Source: a virus. From it: a DNA stretch of 64,000 nt. Below the pieces are notes generated by a model. That model ran no database searches. It saw nothing but the letters and a program-made list of their open reading frames with translations, and was not told the DNA's origin. Shown in pieces: positions 36,507-44,441 of the stretch. Both the position numbers and the translations under genes were made by a program. Within the stretch, counting starts at the first letter, position 1, and each line of letters opens with the position of its first letter. The DNA lies in IMG/VR virus record IMGVR_UViG_3300012984_000014, positions 52,462 through 116,461 of that record; one strand, 5' to 3'.

Positions 36507-36740
36507 ATGGACATCACGACCCACACCGACGCAAACGAGAACCGCAAGATCGTCATCGACCTCGCGGATGGCATCCACCTCGAATACAGCCCGGAGACGG
36601 AACCGCGCTGCGTCGAGGTCATCGACGGGAAGATCTTCACGACGACTCAAGAGGCCGCAGAGGAGCTAGCCTCCGAGATGCGCGCCTGGGGCGTAAAGCC
36701 GGCGCGCCCCCTCGGCTTCGCGGTCGTCTTCTGGGGCTAA
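36507..36740 (+). CDS. 77-aa acidic protein (probably leaderless)
   Basis: ATG 7 nt after the -10. Confidence 0.65.
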   Translation: MDITTHTDANENRKIVIDLADGIHLEYSPETEPRCVEVIDGKIFTTTQEAAEELASEMRAWGVKPARPLGFAVVFWG

Positions 36741-36796
36741 CGCGCTCCGCTCCCGCTCGCCTCCGCGCCCTAGGGTCTGGAGGCTTTCGGCGTTAG
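36737..36796 (+). other. conserved intergenic structured element, copy B
   Basis: CTAACGC/GCGTTAG and GCCTCC/GGAGGC pairings; shared motifs with copy A. Confidence 0.55.
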
Positions 36797-36800
36797 AACC

Positions 36801-37160
36801 ATGAAAAACCTCATCCTCGCCATCCTCGCCATCCTCGCCCTCGTCATCCTCGTTTCGGCCAGCCCGGCCCAGGCACGAGCGACTAGCTACGAAAGCGCCA
36901 TCGCTTCCGCCCACGCCTCCGGCGCGTGCTACGTCGTCCAGACCTCTTTCGGCTGGGTCGTCGTCCAGGAATGCGACGACGAACGCGAGCAATCGCTCCC
37001 GGATAGCCATATTCTGATGTCTTGGGCCGATTCCCCGTGCGCGTTAGCCGGTGAAGAGGCGCTCGCCTCCGAGGTCGATGGCGAGGAATTCGACTTTGAC
37101 TCCACCTATGAATGGGCTTTCGACGCTTGCGAGCGCGATACGGCCTTGGATTGCCAGTAA
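36801..37160 (+). CDS. secreted acidic Cys-containing protein
   Basis: Signal peptide MKNLILAILAILALVILVSASPAQA; acidic mature part with 5 Cys. Confidence 0.7.
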   Translation: MKNLILAILAILALVILVSASPAQARATSYESAIASAHASGACYVVQTSFGWVVVQECDDEREQSLPDSHILMSWADSPCALAGEEALASEVDGEEFDFDSTYEWAFDACERDTALDCQ

Positions 37161-37175
37161 TTGGAAGGCAGACAG

Positions 37176-37400
37176 ATGAATAAGCCAAGAATGACCAAGA
37201 AGACGCGCCATTTCCTCGAATTCGTCCGGGAGAACCCGGGCCTCAACGCGCTCCGGATCCACCGCGCGATTGGCCACCTCTACACGCGGAACGGTCACCA
37301 GTTCACCTACGCAACGCTCAAGCGAATGGTAAAAAACGGCCTCGCTACGCGCGGCCCGTCGGCGAACGGCCGCGGATTCGGCATCCACCCCGTCGGCTAG
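37176..37400 (+). CDS. small winged-helix-like protein
   Basis: FLEFVRENPG....IHRAI...TYATLKRMVKNGL. Confidence 0.55.
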   Translation: MNKPRMTKKTRHFLEFVRENPGLNALRIHRAIGHLYTRNGHQFTYATLKRMVKNGLATRGPSANGRGFGIHPVG

Positions 37401-37407
37401 AGCCTAA

Positions 37408-37480
37408 TCTACAAAGTTCGTCAAAAAGATTGGTCGAGAGCAAAAAAGTTCTCGACGTGTGGAAGCAGAAGGATTAGGTT
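37408..37480 (+). promoter_or_regulatory. promoter-module copy 10
   Basis: TCTACA(37408)..44..TGTGGA(37458); TCGACG(37452)-17-TAGGTT(37475); 5' hairpin 37488-37506. Confidence 0.75.
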
Positions 37481-37527
37481 TCTCTTCGAGGCCGGCGGAC
37501 GGCCTCCGAAAGCCCAAGGACAAGAAA

Positions 37528-37953
37528 ATGGAAAAGCTCGAAACCAAAAAAGCCCTCCTCCTCGCCCTCGCCTCCGCCCTTACCGCGCTCGGATGGAGCG
37601 CGACGATTGAACCGCTTCTTCAAATCCTCCGCGTTCCCGGCTTCCCGGCGCTCCGGACCCCGGAAGTCCGTTTCTCCGGCGCGCCGTCGAGTCCAGACGT
37701 GCGCTTCGTTTGGCACGGATACACCGCCAAGAAGCCGGAAACGATGGCCGCGCGCATCGCGGAAGTCCTAAAAAAGGAGGCGGACGCGCAGAAGGAAGCC
37801 GAGGCCAAGCGGACCACGCCGATCCACCTAACGGCCGCGGAACGCGAGGCTTTGGAAGCGCTCGTACAGACGCGGATCGCCTCGCTTCCCGCTTCTTGGC
37901 CCGCTCGGGCCGCGTTGGAGAACGTTCTAGCCAAGCTCGGGGTGGCGTCGTGA
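37528..37953 (+). CDS. hypothetical protein
   Basis: AAGGA SD; the track extension to 37459 runs through the promoter. Confidence 0.65.
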   Translation: MEKLETKKALLLALASALTALGWSATIEPLLQILRVPGFPALRTPEVRFSGAPSSPDVRFVWHGYTAKKPETMAARIAEVLKKEADAQKEAEAKRTTPIHLTAAEREALEALVQTRIASLPASWPARAALENVLAKLGVAS

Positions 37954-38219
37954 GCGATTCCAACAAACTCCCAAGGAATAAGCGCCTTCAGGAGATTCAC
38001 CGCCTCAATCCCCCGAATCCCGTGGCAGAATTCGACAAGAATAAGGCGCGCGCGCTCTCGAAAGTGGCGCACGAGCAGGTATCGGGCCCGCTCCTTTGGG
38101 CTTCCGAGGCAAATTCCAAGAAGGAGCTCCTAGACCAGCTAGAAGCGGCTGAAACGGCGCTAGAGCTCCTCTACGAGTCTGTAAAAAGCTTTCGGCGCGA
38201 CGTCCGGAGGGGCGAATGA
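37950..38219 (+). CDS. hypothetical protein
   Basis: GTGA/ATGA overlaps. Confidence 0.55.
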   Translation: MSDSNKLPRNKRLQEIHRLNPPNPVAEFDKNKARALSKVAHEQVSGPLLWASEANSKKELLDQLEAAETALELLYESVKSFRRDVRRGE

Positions 38220-38365
38220 GCCCCGTAAAGGCAGCGCTAGCGGCGCTCCGCCAGCACGATGGCGACGTCGACAAGGCGACCGCGGAAACCGGCCTCCTTC
38301 GCTCCTTCGTGGCCGACATCGCCCGGCAATTCGCGGACTACCTCCGCCCTCGGACGGCAAAATGA
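38216..38365 (+). CDS. 49-aa protein, HTH-like
   Basis: Hand-translated MSPVKAALAALRQHDGDVDKATAETGLLRSFVADIARQF...; coupled overlaps. Confidence 0.5.
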   Translation: MSPVKAALAALRQHDGDVDKATAETGLLRSFVADIARQFADYLRPRTAK

Positions 38366-38502
38366 GCGCGCGTATCGTTTCCGCGGCGGACGATTGGCAC
38401 ACCGCCTACATCGGCGCGCGCCGAATCGGCGACTATTCCACTTGGGAGCGCGCTCGCGAGGCGCTCCGCCGACAAGGGTGGTTCGTGGAGGACGGAAAGT
38501 GA
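38362..38502 (+). CDS. 46-aa protein
   Basis: Hand-translated MSARIVSAADDWHTAYIGARRIGDYSTWERAREALRRQGWFVEDGK*. Confidence 0.5.
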   Translation: MSARIVSAADDWHTAYIGARRIGDYSTWERAREALRRQGWFVEDGK

Positions 38503-38783
38503 AGCCGATTCTCCTTCGGCTCGCCTACCTCCTTGGGAGAAAGGTCGGGAAACTCTCCCGGAAGCGCCAGGAGCGCGCTCGCCGGAGACTCGAAGCGGGC
38601 AGAAACACGAACGGCGCGCTGCCCGCCTTCGTCTTCTCTGGGTGCGTAACGGCCCGAGAACGCCACGAGCCAATATCTATTGCATTCGACTCCCAAGAGG
38701 CGACGATCGCTGACGTAATCGACATCCTAGAGCGAGGAACGCCCAAGGTTAAGCCGCGAAGACGCAGGAGGACCGCGCAATGA
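38499..38783 (+). CDS. basic hypothetical protein
   Basis: GTGA/ATGA overlaps. Confidence 0.5.
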   Translation: MKPILLRLAYLLGRKVGKLSRKRQERARRRLEAGRNTNGALPAFVFSGCVTARERHEPISIAFDSQEATIADVIDILERGTPKVKPRRRRRTAQ

Positions 38784-38947
38784 GCCGAGCAAAGGCCGTG
38801 GAGACGCTCCGGAAGAGGCGCGACCGAGCGCTAAGGGCGCTGAAGTCCCAACGACGGACGGCGAAACCGAGCGAACTAGCCGCCATCGCCGAGAAAGAAG
38901 CGACGATCCAGCGCGCTTACGAGTCCGAGCGCTGGATCTTAGGGTGA
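38780..38947 (+). CDS. 55-aa basic helical protein
   Basis: AGGAGG SD; hand-translated MSRAKAVETLRKRRDRALRALK... Confidence 0.55.
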   Translation: MSRAKAVETLRKRRDRALRALKSQRRTAKPSELAAIAEKEATIQRAYESERWILG

Positions 38948-38959
38948 AAAGAGGGCAAA

Positions 38960-39229
38960 ATGTCCAACAATTGGTGCAAAGAGTGTGAGCATTTAGCCAT
39001 CCCGTGCGCGGCCTGCGAGGAGAAGGCCTCCAAAGAGCGGCTCGAACGTCTCGAACGGATCAAAACGCCCATAGCCGCCAGCCTTCCAGGCCGCGCCACC
39101 CATTTCGAGCACACCCCAGGGAAGCTCGCTTGTGGCCTCGTAAGCTCCTCCGCGCTCCGAACGTCCGAGTTTCCAAGAGTTGATTGCAATAGCTGCCGAA
39201 GACGCGCCCTAGCGCGCCGTTTCGTCTAG
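38960..39229 (+). CDS. small Cys-rich protein
   Basis: CKEC..PCAAC; LACG..VDC.SC. Confidence 0.6.
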   Translation: MSNNWCKECEHLAIPCAACEEKASKERLERLERIKTPIAASLPGRATHFEHTPGKLACGLVSSSALRTSEFPRVDCNSCRRRALARRFV

Positions 39230-40122
39230 GGTAATTGGGTTAGACGTCGCTCGCCCTCCCCTTGGATGGAGTAGCCGAGCCCCCGAAAGCGGAAAAGAGA
39301 AACGACCCGAAGCCGGAAGGAGCCTAACCCGCCCTTTCCGGCTTTCCTGCGTTCCGCTGTGCCCTTCTGCGCGCTTTCGCGCTTCCCGCAGCCCGTCCTC
39401 CACGCCGCCCTCCGGAAGCGCGTTTAAGCGCCTCCTAGCGTCTCCGCGCTCCAACGGCCGATGAGAATCGACCGAGCGCTTGAGCGCTCGCCTCCAGAAA
39501 GCCAACGCCTTGTGCCTAAACGGCCCGTTACGGCGTTTTCGCATCGTCTCATGGACGAGAGTGTGCGGAGCCCGCCGAGACGATTCTTGCCATCGTTCTG
39601 TGCCAAAACGCCCTAAGCGCCCAAATTCGCCCTTTCGCCGATTCCCATCGTTCCGCCGCTCCGCGCCTCCTCGTCCACCCAACCCCTTGGAAGAATCACC
39701 ACCAGAACCGAACGAACCGAGATAGCCTCCGCCGTTCTACGCTGCCCGCCGTTTGCGCGTACGTGTGTTCTTTTACGCTCTCGAACGCCTCCGGAGCGCT
39801 TCGTTGTTCCGCTTTCGAAGGCTCGGAATTGACCAAATCTCGGCTCCGGAAACCCCGTGGATTGTCCGGCACACACATCCTGCAGGCACGCCTTGGCCAT
39901 CCCGGTCCATGGTGCATCCACCTGCCAAACGCCACCATTTTGTGGGTAAGCGGAGGTCGCCTGGATGGAGAATTTGTGGCGTTTCTCGGCTCCCGAGGGT
40001 AAGTCAAGTTACACAGAGAGGGTAATTGGGGTGGAATTGCCGATTGTGTACGTATCGTGGACAACGGTCACGTACGGACCTGAAATGGCCCTGGGAAAAC
40101 TTCTGGCTCCCCAGCGCGTACG

Positions 40123-40397
40123 TAACTCTATTACCCTATTAGGAGGATTGCAATAGTAATATCCATAAGATAATGCATATATCGAGTAACCCTATTACCC
40201 TATGTAACTCTATTACCCTATTAGAGTAGGGCCGACAGCACCTCGGCAAGAAGAGCCTATTAGGGTAATTGGGTTACAGTGGAATGGTAAGAGCGTTACA
40301 TCGAGTCGGCCGCTCGTCTAACCCAATTACCCTAGGGTAAGAGCGTTACGCCTAACCCTATTACCCTATAGCTATACAGTGTAACCCTATTACCCTA
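40123..40397. repeat. array of about 9 iteron-like 16-bp repeats (TAACYCWATTACCCTA) in both orientations; candidate origin or terminal signal
   Basis: + copies at 40123, 40187, 40205, 40319, 40353, 40382; - copies at 40261, 40286 (degenerate), 40333 (degenerate); AT-rich 40150-40185. Confidence 0.85.
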
Positions 40398-40629
40398 GCG
40401 CCTAGCGTACGCTATCGTGGATGGTCTATGGTGTCGTGCCTACCTACCTACCACCCACACACCACGTATATAGCTATATAGTGTCCAAATTGCCTACGAA
40501 ACTGGACAACATGGCTTGATTAGCCACGCCTACCCACCCCACTGTGGATGTTTTCTGGAAAAACCCCCGTGCGGCGCCCATGTCTGGGCGGCTCGGAATG
40601 CACACGCCGCTCGGACACCCCAATGCACA

Positions 40630-40699
40630 TCCACAAAACGAACTTTCTTTCCATAGCGTTGACTTTTCGCTCGACGCCCTCCCGCGCATCCACTATACC
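40630..40699 (+). promoter_or_regulatory. promoter-module copy 11 (divergent)
   Basis: TCCACA(40630); TCGACG(40671)-17-TATACC(40694). Confidence 0.6.
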
Positions 40700-40710
40700 T
40701 ACCGACACAC

Positions 40711-40908
40711 ATGACAACCGAACAACTCGAAGAACGCCAAGCACTCGCGGACGACATCGCGACCTCCTCCAAAGCAATCACCATCGCTCTGGAGTGCGCG
40801 GTTTCGTGCGAGACGGAAACCGACTTCATCGCCAACCTCGAAGACGCCGAGGCCCAGCTGGTGGACATGCTCCGTGAAGTCCGCGAGCTGAAGGCCACCC
40901 GTGGCTGA
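40711..40908 (+). CDS. small acidic helical protein
   Basis: First gene after the promoter; 65 aa. Confidence 0.65.
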   Translation: MTTEQLEERQALADDIATSSKAITIALECAVSCETETDFIANLEDAEAQLVDMLREVRELKATRG

Positions 40909-41137
40909 CGCAAAAAAGTACTGGAACGACAGTGCGCAACTCGCAAACTTCGCCGCTCGCATCCGACGCGAGTGGGGGCCGTGTTGGCACATAATGGTGC
41001 CCGCAATACGCGCGGCTGTCGTGGACCAATTCACTCTTGGCGTAATCCGTAGCCAAGAGCGAGAGAGCGTGCCCATGGCCGCAATCGACGAATTGGCACA
41101 GGCGATGCACGCCGCTATGGGAACAGAAAACGCCTGA
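40901..41137 (+). CDS. hypothetical protein
   Basis: Overlaps the previous stop. Confidence 0.55.
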   Translation: MADAKKYWNDSAQLANFAARIRREWGPCWHIMVPAIRAAVVDQFTLGVIRSQERESVPMAAIDELAQAMHAAMGTENA

Positions 41138-41252
41138 TCAGCCAAGAAGGCGCAAACCCAGTAAACACATTTCACCAGACAGTCGTCCTATCGCGCCCCG
41201 GCGACGCGCACCACGCCCGGGACGCTCCACTCATTCGAGGAACAGCAACAAC

Positions 41253-41489
41253 ATGCCAGCCCGGAAAGCAACGCAACCACGGGACGCACCCCAGTTCGCA
41301 AAACAGCAACAACGACTAAATGCCGCCGTTCTCGAACGGGCACGCGGAAACGAGCAGGTGGCTCGCATCGAGTTGGCAGGCGCAAAGCGTCGCCTCCTCC
41401 TGGCGGCCGACGAATACGCGCGGAAGCAAGACCAAGCCGACCGATGCACCGCTGAACTTCGAATGCTCGAAGCCAGATACAAGAAGTGA
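41253..41489 (+). CDS. small coiled-coil protein
   Basis: GAGGA SD. Confidence 0.6.
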   Translation: MPARKATQPRDAPQFAKQQQRLNAAVLERARGNEQVARIELAGAKRRLLLAADEYARKQDQADRCTAELRMLEARYKK

Positions 41490-41520
41490 ACGACCGACCA
41501 TTTGCAGCCTGGAGAGCAAC

Positions 41521-41733
41521 GTGGAACCAAAACCAGCAATGAACCCGAAAGTAAAGAGCAAACCGACGCCCGCGCCGAAGCCGCCGCCGCCGGACCCGCA
41601 CGAGGTGGCCGCCAAGGCGCTGACCGACGTCATCGGCATCCTCGGGCAACTCAACGATGACGACCGCGAGCGCGTTCTGAAGAGCGCGCAGGCCTACTTC
41701 TCTCCCCTCGCGAAAAAGGAATGGGAACGGTGA
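41521..41733 (+). CDS. hypothetical protein, Pro-rich N-terminus
   Basis: GGAG SD before GTG 41521. Confidence 0.55.
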   Translation: MEPKPAMNPKVKSKPTPAPKPPPPDPHEVAAKALTDVIGILGQLNDDDRERVLKSAQAYFSPLAKKEWER

Positions 41734-41984
41734 GACACAGCGGCGCCATCCTCAAGAAGAACGTTCGGAGCATCACGCTTCGGTACGTCACGAAGCCCGG
41801 CAGCGCGGGCACGACACTTCACTACACGACGCTTCCACGAGCCCAGAAGGCGGCGAAGAGCAAGGTCGGATCTCGGCCGCGTCAGGACCCGGACGGGTAC
41901 TTGGTCGGGCCGGACGGCTGCTGCTTGTTCTTCAAAGGCGCGACGCTCGAAGAGCTCTTTCCAACCAAACAGGAAAACCAATGA
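41721..41984 (+). CDS. hypothetical protein
   Basis: AAGGA SD; overlaps. Confidence 0.55.
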   Translation: MGTVRHSGAILKKNVRSITLRYVTKPGSAGTTLHYTTLPRAQKAAKSKVGSRPRQDPDGYLVGPDGCCLFFKGATLEELFPTKQENQ

Positions 41985-42430
41985 CCAAGCCAACTCATAA
42001 GCCACCGCCAGCACAGAAGTTCTCCAAGCCCCGTACGCCCATCACGCAATCCGGCGTCGATGCACTCCTGGACCAAGCCGTGGAGAATGGCTACCAAGAC
42101 GAGATCACACGCCAGGACCCCCGCTCGGTGGCTTGGGACATGCAGCGCTATTCGCCAGAGTGCGAGAACGAACCGACGGCGCGCCTGGTTCTCTTCATCG
42201 AAGACTGGCAGAAGCGCCATGTGCCCGCTTCTGAGACGCCCATCGCCGACGCTCTGCGATACTTGTCGGCGCTCGCCCTTGAGAAGGACCAAGGCCTAAA
42301 AACCAGCCAAGCCATCCACGTTTTGGAAGTGGCTCTGGAAGGCGAGCTTGGCGCTGAAGAACGCGCGGCGCACCCAATGCTCGACGTCTCCGTGGCCAAG
42401 GAACTTCGCAAGCACGTGAAGGAGTTCTGA
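41981..42430 (+). CDS. hypothetical protein
   Basis: AGGA SD; ATGA overlap. Confidence 0.65.
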   Translation: MTKPTHKPPPAQKFSKPRTPITQSGVDALLDQAVENGYQDEITRQDPRSVAWDMQRYSPECENEPTARLVLFIEDWQKRHVPASETPIADALRYLSALALEKDQGLKTSQAIHVLEVALEGELGAEERAAHPMLDVSVAKELRKHVKEF

Positions 42431-42433
42431 GCC

Positions 42434-42685
42434 GTGCACCAGTTCACCGGAAAGTACACGGTCAAGTTCGAATTCCGCGTGCCGGGCGAGCCAACGTTCA
42501 AGCGTTGGATGGGTGACTTTGCCAGCGCGGATCCGAAGCACGCACGCAATTTAGTGACGGGGCAACTCAACATGCTGGGCTACGAAGTTGGAGCGCTCGC
42601 CGTGTACGACGGCGAATGGCTCGTGCTCGGCAACATCCTCCCGTTCGTGCCGGGCGAGCTTGTCCGGCTTCCGACCATCCACTGA
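42434..42685 (+). CDS. hypothetical protein
   Basis: GTG start after AGGAG. Confidence 0.6.
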   Translation: MHQFTGKYTVKFEFRVPGEPTFKRWMGDFASADPKHARNLVTGQLNMLGYEVGALAVYDGEWLVLGNILPFVPGELVRLPTIH

Positions 42686-42692
42686 GGCAAAT

Positions 42693-42953
42693 ATGGCAAT
42701 CACAGTCGACAAGGACGGCATCCCGACGAATCGACCACAGGTCACGTTCGTCGGAATTCGTGCGACCAACGTGTTCTTCATCCTCGGCGCGTGCCGGCGC
42801 GCCGCAATGAAAGAGGGCTGGACGACGGCACAATGGGCGCTACTCCGGGAGAAGTTCTTGGAGTTGGATCGAAGTGACGACCAAGGCGAGGCCGCGATGG
42901 CGTTGGCAACCCGATACTTCACCGTTCAAATCAACAACGCGGAGATAGGCTGA
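42693..42953 (+). CDS. small helical protein, paralog of 45237-45593
   Basis: GIRATNVFFILGACRRAAMKEGW.....FLE. Confidence 0.65.
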   Translation: MAITVDKDGIPTNRPQVTFVGIRATNVFFILGACRRAAMKEGWTTAQWALLREKFLELDRSDDQGEAAMALATRYFTVQINNAEIG

Positions 42954-43246
42954 TGGACCGGCTCACGCCGTTCGATCTCTACTCGACCGCCGAATTTGTG
43001 GCCGATAGCATCAAGCGCAAATTCGCAGGCAGCGCATCCCGGCGCTTGCAGGTGCAAATCTGCGAGAAGATCATCCTGCCGCTCGCGACCGACGAGGAGC
43101 TGCGGCGCGGGCTCGCCGCCGTCATCGGGCACGCGCGCGACGGGATCGAAACCATGCACACCGTCAACCACACGGAGCCAGGGAGCTCGCCGGAAGAGAA
43201 GGCGTTGATCTGGCTCCAAAAGCTGATTGGGGCGGCTCCGCTATGA
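42953..43246 (+). CDS. hypothetical protein
   Basis: GGAG SD; TGATG overlap. Confidence 0.6.
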   Translation: MDRLTPFDLYSTAEFVADSIKRKFAGSASRRLQVQICEKIILPLATDEELRRGLAAVIGHARDGIETMHTVNHTEPGSSPEEKALIWLQKLIGAAPL

Positions 43247-43428
43247 ACGAGGAACAGAAGGCGCGCCTCCAGGAAGTCCGTGATGACGCGGAACGTGCTT
43301 ACAGGCGCGAGGACGACGAAGACGAACGGCGCGCACTTCGAATCAAGGTGGAAACGCTCGAAGCAGTCGCCTTTATCTTCGGCGTGGAACTGGACCACTT
43401 TGATCCGTACCCGACGAGGCGCGGGTGA
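43243..43428 (+). CDS. hypothetical protein
   Basis: ATGA/GTGA overlaps. Confidence 0.55.
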   Translation: MNEEQKARLQEVRDDAERAYRREDDEDERRALRIKVETLEAVAFIFGVELDHFDPYPTRRG

Positions 43429-43592
43429 AACTCTCGCTCGCCTTCCGGCAAGCCGCGTGGTTGTGGTACGCCAAGGCCCAGATTCGACGCGACGGCGTTT
43501 GGATTTCACGGCCACCGGTGTTCGAAGAAGGCGAGTGGCAATCCATTCAGCTCAAGCAAGGCATCCAACCTAGTTACCCTGAGGCAAGATGA
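43425..43592 (+). CDS. 55-aa protein
   Basis: Hand-translated; coupled overlaps on both sides. Confidence 0.45.
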   Translation: MKLSLAFRQAAWLWYAKAQIRRDGVWISRPPVFEEGEWQSIQLKQGIQPSYPEAR

Positions 43593-43720
43593 ATTTTGAA
43601 AAGGCATCGCGAATTGTGGGGCTGATCGCATACATGCTCGCTGGAATGTTTGTAGCGCGCATGTATGACGATTGTCGCCGTTCGCGCCAATGTCCGCATC
43701 CAATCACGGTTTGCAAATGA
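43589..43720 (+). CDS. 43-aa membrane peptide
   Basis: Hand-translated MNFEKASRIVGLIAYMLAGMFVARMYDDC...; coupled overlaps. Confidence 0.45.
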   Translation: MNFEKASRIVGLIAYMLAGMFVARMYDDCRRSRQCPHPITVCK

Positions 43721-44070
43721 AAGACACGCTGATCGTCACCCAGCGCATGGGAGACACGAGCCGTTTTCGAATCCAGTGGGCTTTCTCGGACGGCGAGCTT
43801 GGTGGATATCTTGGACAGGACAAGAACGACGGAGGAGAAGAGCCGCCCGAAGACAGAGACGCTTGGGAGCATTGGGCGGCCAGCAAGGCGGTGATGGGCC
43901 TTCCGGGCTCCGACCGGGATGACACGAGCACGTTTTGGGAGACAGAGGCCGGGGCGCGCGTCGCGCTCCGTCTCGCGAAGGCAGCTCTGAAACAAGCGAA
44001 GCCGTTGCCCGATTGGGCGAAGACGGCGTTGGCGGAGGGCTGGAAGCCTCCGAAGGGATGGAAGGCGTGA
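43717..44070 (+). CDS. hypothetical Trp-rich protein
   Basis: ATGA/GTGA overlaps; ends AEGWKPPKGWKA. Confidence 0.6.
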   Translation: MKDTLIVTQRMGDTSRFRIQWAFSDGELGGYLGQDKNDGGEEPPEDRDAWEHWAASKAVMGLPGSDRDDTSTFWETEAGARVALRLAKAALKQAKPLPDWAKTALAEGWKPPKGWKA

Positions 44071-44441
44071 CTGAAAAACTTCGTTTGGCGCGGTCCATGC
44101 GGGTGAACGGCTTGAATTTCACTTGGACCAAAGAGGACTACTCCAACGACTTTTGGCAGTTGAAAGCCACGATGGGCTTGGCTGTTATAACTATCTGGCC
44201 AGATGCGAATGTTGGTTTTGACGCCGATGATGGAGCTTGGATCGCAAGCCGATGGTGCGCCAGCTATTCGCCGCTCAGCCCTGGGTGCGAAGTAACTGTG
44301 CATGGAAGGACACCTGAAACAGCGGTTGCCAACCTGATCAAGCAACTCCGAAAACTCGCGCACGACATAAACGAATCCACAGGGAGGCTGATCGCTCGTA
44401 TCAAGAGCGAAAAAGCGTCCAAGAAAGCGAAGGCATCTTGA
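44067..44441 (+). CDS. hypothetical protein
   Basis: GTG start; TTGA overlap. Confidence 0.55.
   Translation: MTEKLRLARSMRVNGLNFTWTKEDYSNDFWQLKATMGLAVITIWPDANVGFDADDGAWIASRWCASYSPLSPGCEVTVHGRTPETAVANLIKQLRKLAHDINESTGRLIARIKSEKASKKAKAS

Noticed and set aside
39209-40156. Track ORFs in the 39.2-40.2 kb gap
   Set aside because: Mutually overlapping, low complexity, no SD or coupling; treated as non-coding.
40123-40397. Repeat array as CRISPR or eukaryote-type telomere (TTAGGG-like)
   Set aside because: Units are 16 bp, in mixed orientation, with irregular gaps from overlapping to about 48 nt and no unique spacers; it is not a tandem hexamer run.
40319-40480. Protelomerase (telRL-type) site
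   Set aside because: Perfect palindromes are only 14 bp, and no protelomerase gene is recognisable in the window.
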